Below are positions 11,467 to 17,423 of a stretch of 17,423 nt of DNA, one piece after another; position 1 is the first letter of the stretch, and each line of letters opens with the position of its first letter. Below the pieces are notes generated by a model. That model made no database searches. It was not told the origin of the DNA and saw nothing but the letters and a program-made list of their open reading frames with translations. Source of the stretch: Rotaria sp. (lineage: Eukaryota); assembly GCA_905250055.1 (NCBI GenBank), contig CAJNOF010000081.1, positions 68,003 through 85,425 of the forward strand. The letters are read 5' to 3'. Made by a program: the position numbers and the translations under genes.

Positions 11467-11649
11467 ATGAAATCGACGAAAAACAGCATAACCTTTGCAC
11501 ATCATCATTTCTACCTTAAAGTCGAGCAGAATTAACCATATAAAGTTTGCGAAACTTCTTGCTTTGTCATTTTTTTCTGTTTATTTGCTTTAATTTTTAG
11601 GTAAAAATGATGATGTGCAAAGGTTATGCTGTTTGTCGTCGATTTCATG
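11467..11649. repeat. Inverted repeat, arms about 52 nt, spacer about 80 nt
   Basis: Left arm ATGAAATCGACGAAAAACAGCATAACCTTTGCACATCATCATTTCTACCTTA (from 11467). Right arm reads TTAGGTAAAAATGATGATGTGCAAAGGTTATGCTGTTTGTCGTCGATTTCAT (to about 11648). Reverse complements differ at about 3 positions. Confidence 0.93.
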
Positions 11650-11666
11650 ATATCAGGATGACATTT

Positions 11667-11730
11667 ATAGCGCAACAAGTAGTTCCGATCATGATCTACT
11701 CATGCTATAAAGGACAACTTGTTGTGCTGT
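11667..11730. repeat. Imperfect hairpin-forming inverted repeat with internal GATCATGATC palindrome
   Basis: ATAGCGCAACAAGTAGTTCC pairs imperfectly with GGACAACTTGTTGTGCTGT; the loop contains GATCATGATC. Confidence 0.7.
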
Positions 11731-14642
11731 ATATGAATGATTTTCCACGGCTGTCGGTTTTCAGGTATAAAATGATATGAATCTTCACTTTTCTAGTAGT
11801 TATAGCTCTGAAAATTTTATCATAGAGTTGGCCATAAATAAGCAATCTGGAATGGAATTTTGAAGCCTCACAATTGAACATAACCTGAGATTTGAATCAA
11901 ATAATGGTAGGGTTTTGAAATGTAAGTTCAATGGGTAGGTACAGAATAGCTCATAACTTGATGAAGGTATGCCGAATTTTTATAAAAATTTTATTAAAGA
12001 GAGGAAAAGAGTCAGACGTTTCAACGATATGTCGAATGACATTATTTCTCTTTCCTAACTTGAGATAACACAACTTGAAAAATTCGTGCCTGTTTGCCTT
12101 ATATCTCAGCCTTGGTAAGGTCATAGGGCTCAAGCTTTGGCTTACAATCAGGACTCATCCAATTCTTGTTATGGTAGAAGTTTTAAGGCAAACAAATTTT
12201 GTTTAGATAGTTTTTGCCTAGTTGCGAGACTTTTGTCCACGACTGTACCATTCATAATCATTTGGAGGTAAACACAATGCAAGTCAATGAATTTATATTT
12301 GTCTTTCAGATTGTGCATCAACTGGAAATTAGATAGAAAAAGTGAAGAATAACAGAAACAAGTATAAATACAAGAGGAAAATTAATAACTATTGAAATTA
12401 ACCGTCTTAAGAAATGTAATTTCTTCTATGTCAATTTATCATCTCAAGCATTGGAAAATGAACTTTGACAGAATTAGTTATAAAGCATTTATTTTTATCA
12501 TCTATAAATTGAATGAAATATTCGATGGTTGTTGACCACTACATATACATTGAATCGAATTACTGATGATAATCAGCTTTTTATAGGTGTCCATCTTGTG
12601 AATTTTTCAGATGGTTCAACAGTCCCTTTCATGCGCTACAAAATTCTACAAAAACGTGGCGAGAAAACACTGGTCTGTCAAAGAAATATTGTTTTCAAGA
12701 CATGATTTCCACCTTTTTCTTTTCACTACTATTCAGCAGATTTCAATGTGGAAAATTATGATTTAGATAAAAACTAATATAATGTTCTAGATGAAGATCC
12801 AAAATTGAATGAGTCTAGTTCAATTTCAAATATTATTATAATTTTTTATATTTGTCAAAAAATTCACATATCATGTCTCTCTCTCTAGGTTGGTTGAAAC
12901 AATTAATTTCACGTAAATTCCATTTTCATGATTTACTCATCTGCTATTTGGATTTCTAACATTAGTTTTATAATTTTGTAACTTAATTTGTCGATGTTAT
13001 GAAAACTAAATAAATGTTAACTCTTTGATTTCTTTTCGAAAAAAATATTCTACTTCTACAATTCATCATCAGAGTAGTCGTTAAACTTACTCATTTTCTA
13101 TTTAACATTTGCAATTTTCTATATCAATCTTCCACCGTACGATCATTTTGAGAATGCGGTTGTGCCTCTGGTTGTGACTGTGGATAGACGTTGGTGTCTA
13201 TGTCACGATCTAAGCTGAACAATACACTTTACACACACATCCACACTCAAATTTTAGGGATGTGTACACGATAAATTATGATTTTAAAGTTTTTAGTGTG
13301 ACTTTCATCATTGATTTTCTAGGCAATCAAATAAAGACAATGCATATATTAATATTATTTTCAACTGTCATTTTATCTGAAATTCACAAGTACTCTATTC
13401 AGATAGATTTGTTAACTTATCTTTATTGCTTTCTGTCATGAATCATGACCGGCAAAAAAAATTCAAGATTCATGCAATAAAGATAAATACATTTCGGAAC
13501 TTTATTACTTATAAACATAACGATATTAAATGACATTTTTAAATTTACTCTTATAAAGAAAAGATAAATGGATATATTTTTCGTAAAAATAAAGAAATTT
13601 AAATCAAAAAGATTGCTTATTTTTCAAAAAAAAACGCAAATATTTAATTTCCTCACATATTTAAAACAATTGTAATATCATAATTACAAAAGTACATGGA
13701 CAAGAATTTTTCTATATGTTTTTTCCTGCAGCGCCCTTGATTTTAGTTAACCTTGGACGTTTGGGTGTCAGTTGTAAGAAAAACAAATGTTGACTAATGC
13801 TTGTATATATCATACATTAATACAGAATATATCGAAATTATTGACCTCCATTGCAGAATATATAAACAATAAACTTTTTATTTAGGAAATGAACCTGCTG
13901 AATCATATGATATCTGCACTGGAGAGATGAATGCATGTGGTATACTAACGTGTGCTTGTTGTACTTCTTCCTCTTCTATCTATGCTCAGAAAATAATTGA
14001 CAGCAAAAAAAGTGCTGCAACATAATTATAGAATCACTTTTCGAAAAAAATGATATTTTTCTCTTGTTTAGGTTTGCTATGTCTCTTATTAACCATCAAT
14101 GGCGTTTCATTTTTTACGTGCTGTTGTGATGACAGTTGTTTTCAAGTTTTCCCGTTATAAATGAGTTTTCATTGGAATTGTTTTCGTATCAGAATTTCAA
14201 AATTTTAGATTTCTTCTGTATTTTTTACGGTTTTAAGCCAAACCCTATTCATAAAAAATGTTTTCATAGACCGGATGCATATAGACGTAGGGTGCAAGTA
14301 TGAGTGTGGATAAGTATAGAATAAGACAATTACACAGTCACATATCCATCAACGATACATTACAATTAAAAGAGAAGAACATATTGCATAATATGCCTTA
14401 TCAGTATCATAAACTTCATCCAAGAAGACACAAACTTCCACAAAACATATTTAAACGAGCATTCATCACCGAATCATCCATCAACACTGACGAAATTATT
14501 TTGATTTTCGATTTTAATCTCTCACACGAAACCTCTTACCAAATTATATTCAAATTCAAAATGTTACACTATTTGACTTTTTTCATGAAGAGTACGGGTT
14601 CAACCAGTGGTTAGAGTCGACTTACAGCCGCTCAAATAGGTA

Positions 14643-14789
14643 GCTTTGGGTTTGATCAGCATTTCGACATTATATTTCGAACGTTTCAAATGACAGAGGT
14701 TCTCATAGGTGACAAATTTATCATATTTTACTATTCCATAAATTCTTTATAGAACTAGTGCACGTCAGATACTGATCAAAATCCAAAGC
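14643..14789. repeat. Inverted repeat, about 26-nt arms, spacer about 95 nt
   Basis: Left GCTTTGGGTTTGATCAGCATTTCGAC vs reverse complement of right arm GCTTTGGATTTTGATCAGTATCTGAC, with a few mismatches and indels. Confidence 0.75.
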
Positions 14790-15460
14790 ATGCATTGGTT
14801 CACAATAGCTGTGTTTTGATGTTTTTTCAAGCTGAATAGAATATTACAAGAAAGGTCTTTTTACCGAACATAGATCTTGTCATGACACATGTTTTGATGT
14901 AAAACTGTCTAGACAAAAAACAATCACGGTCAAGTTAGGATATATTCCAATGGGGAGTGAACCACCCAACACCCATACATCATAGTCACAATTTGACTTA
15001 CATCCTATCGATCTTATTATGTTTGCGATTGAGTGCGTGCTCGTATGAAACGTATTATCGAACGAATAGTGATCAGAGTTCAAATTAATGTCTCTGTACG
15101 CATGAGAAGTCTTACTTGGTCATCAAATTAGCTTTCACGGGGTTGATGGGGTAGGATGAAGACCAAGTGCGTGAAACAGACACGGAACACTTGAGACTCA
15201 ATGAGGTGCCGTATACGGGATATGACGCGACAATTTTTTGCTCACTTTTAATAAAAAAGAAAAGTGTTACTTCTTGATTTGGGTGACTTTGGTGATCTTC
15301 CAATTGTTTTAAATCTGTTCTTGGGATGTCAAGAAAGATAAAAGATTCATTGAACTGATTGAATGACACTCTACAATTGTTAAATAATCTTGATTGTATG
15401 TTTTCGTAATAGTCTGACCGCTTGTGACGTAACTTTACATTTAATAAACTTGAAATCAAA

Positions 15461-15528
15461 AGATATGGTCTAACTCTTGCAACAAAAGCAAAGATATGGT
15501 CTAACTCTTGCAACAAAAGCAAAGATAT
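15461..15528. repeat. 31-bp tandem duplication (2 full copies plus start of a third)
   Basis: AGATATGGTCTAACTCTTGCAACAAAAGCAA starts at 15461 and 15492; AGATAT starts again at 15523. Confidence 0.92.
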
Positions 15529-17126
15529 TTGAAACATTAAAAAGCTAATCGAGTAATACATACAATGATAAAAGACAAATAAGAACCAGCTACAAGAAGA
15601 TACATTACAGCTGGTGTATTACCACCATCTTTGATAAAAAATACCACTAAACTAGCGATATTTACAAACAGAAAAAGAATTAGAAGCACGTTACAAATTT
15701 CTGCCATAGATCATACGGAGTTTTCCACTCACGAAATGAAAATGCACTTAGAAGAAAGAACTTTTCAAATAGATTCGAGTGACAAACTTGAAAGAATTAT
15801 AGTGAATGTCCATATAATTTGCATAGCGTATCCTGTTAATGTATTAATTAATTGTTATTTTTCGCATGCTGGAGTACTAATCCAAAAACAAGCCCCCCAA
15901 AAAAATATACATATAACCAGACGAAATGACCAACGAAGAACGCATTTTGTTGCCAATCTACATTCCTTCAGACTGATTCCTTCATCATCTTGATTATTTT
16001 CGAGTCTGCCAGTTAAAGCATACATCAATCAAGAGCAGAAAACGATTGAAAAAAAGACATACACTCTCGTTTTCATTGTCTTCGTTGATGGTAACAAATA
16101 GAAGTAGCCTAATAATTACGTACCTTTCACTATAAAACTGACAATCGATTGTCAAATTGGATGATTGCTACATTTTCAACACAAAATGCAAATTGCATTT
16201 TGTATTAAATTAAAGCAGTTGAGCGCAAAAGCGAACATAACGAAGTTTAATGTATCAGCATCTTCGATCATGAGTACTAGTGGTACGATAGTCATTAGTT
16301 CAATCATATTAAATAGATCGATAGATGTCAGACTAATGTTTCCAAAAAATATATGGCTGTTCATCTCGATGTGTCCTCTGTCTTTCTCAATTTGTGACTA
16401 TTGTAAATATCGAACAGATGCATGCAGTATTTATTATCATGCCCACGCTCACCCCTACATTTTTATCACTTTCTTTTTTGTGATAACAAATAAAAAGCAA
16501 TTGTAGGATTTATAGTGAGATGATAGCATGTTCTGATCCGTTGTACTATTTTCTTTTCTTTGTCAACGCATCGACGTCCAATCGATGCATCTACACACAT
16601 TCACACTCTTGATCCGATTAGTTGCTAGGTTTTTTTTATTAATGAGGTAGAAATGGCATATTGTGGAATATTGACGGATGCATGACCGATTGTAACGATC
16701 GTGATAAACCTTGACACTGTCTGTCGAAATATCCTCCCACGTCAGGTTTGCCAAAATGAGCGAATAGTGAAATCTTGGATAGAATCGGTGCTACTGTCTT
16801 CTCTCCACATTTGATATCGTAATCGATTTCAAAAACACTGGACATCGACGGTTCTGCAGACAAACTTGCATAATAATAAAAAGCACCAAATGCACCAGTA
16901 GCGAAAAGAGGGTGTGTGTGGATGCGACTGCTTCTTTAGGTGAGGACAAAGACAGGTATCTCACCCACATGCACCTTCACACTCACACCATTTTTCAAGT
17001 ATCGCAAACTGTTCTTTGCATTGGGAAAAAATCTGTTGGTTTTACATAACAAAATGCGAGAGAAAGGCAACATTATTTTTTTGTTGTTCTTGACGAAGTA
17101 GGTAGTGAGTCACGGTAAGTATGCTC

Positions 17127-17270
17127 TTCGCCGAAACTCATATCGCCGAAATAAACATCGCCGAAATTCGATAATCTGCATTTCGGCGAAGTATCCTTTC
17201 GGCGATGTTACTATCGACAATGTGTTATTTCGGCGATGTCACTATCGACGATGTGCATATCGGCGATACT
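17127..17270. repeat. About 15-bp degenerate tandem repeat that switches orientation (TCGCCGAAA units then TTTCGGCGA units)
   Basis: CGCCGAA at 17129, 17144 and 17159 (15-bp spacing). CGGCGA or CGACGA/CGACAA at about 17184, 17200, 17215, 17231, 17246 and 17261 (15-16-bp spacing) in the opposite sense. Confidence 0.88.
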
Positions 17271-17318
17271 ATTTATTGATGAATTCCATTTTGATCACAA
17301 AAACTAAAATTATTAACT

Positions 17319-17423
17319 GAGTTGGGTTAGGAGTCAAGTTAGTAACTGAGTTGAGTTAGGAGCCAAGTTAGTAACTGAGTTGAGTTAGGAGTCAAGTTAG
17401 TAACTAAGTCAAGTTAGTAACTG
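17319..17423. repeat. 29-bp tandem repeat running off the window end
   Basis: GAGTTGRGTTAGGAGYCAAGTTAGTAACT at 17319-17347, 17348-17376 and 17377-17405, plus a partial copy 17406-17423. Confidence 0.95.

Noticed and set aside
11951-12133. 60-aa minus-strand ORF
   Set aside because: Short, with no recognisable domain; likely chance.
12560-13080. CTGATGA-type motifs near 12562 and 13069 (minus strand) considered as hammerhead ribozyme cores
   Set aside because: No correctly spaced GAAA core or stem II/III pairing was found by eye.
16165-16506. 113-aa + strand ORF and the overlapping 62-aa - strand ORF
   Set aside because: Overlapping opposite-strand ORFs with no homology recognised; treated as chance or decayed sequence.
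17105-17320. 71-aa ORF rich in YRRN/HRRN peptides
   Set aside because: A translation artefact of the 15-bp foldback minisatellite.

Overview
AT-rich eukaryotic DNA that looks like a bdelloid rotifer or similar invertebrate; taxonomy is inferred from gene architecture and repeat content. The firmest content is the C-terminal portion of a multi-exon proteasome activator PA200/PSME4 gene on + (about 1172-5872, stop at 5872). Convergent to it on - is a membrane-anchored NHL-repeat protein gene (about 7307-6109) whose third NHL-type segment ends abruptly in a (TGTGGG/TGTGGA)-like minisatellite. A single-exon GNAT-like acetyltransferase ORF lies on - (11039-10419). The rest is mostly non-coding: tandem arrays at both window ends (34-bp and 33-bp at the left, 15-bp foldback and 29-bp at the right), inverted repeats at 11467-11649 and 14643-14789, and a recurring 'G-rich block, short spacer, C-rich block' foldback made of telomere-like TGTGGG-type sequence. 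I see no CRISPR, rRNA or tRNA, and no intact transposon. No new multigene system can be demonstrated. The best leads are the telomere-like foldback family, one copy of which interrupts a gene, and the foldback minisatellites.
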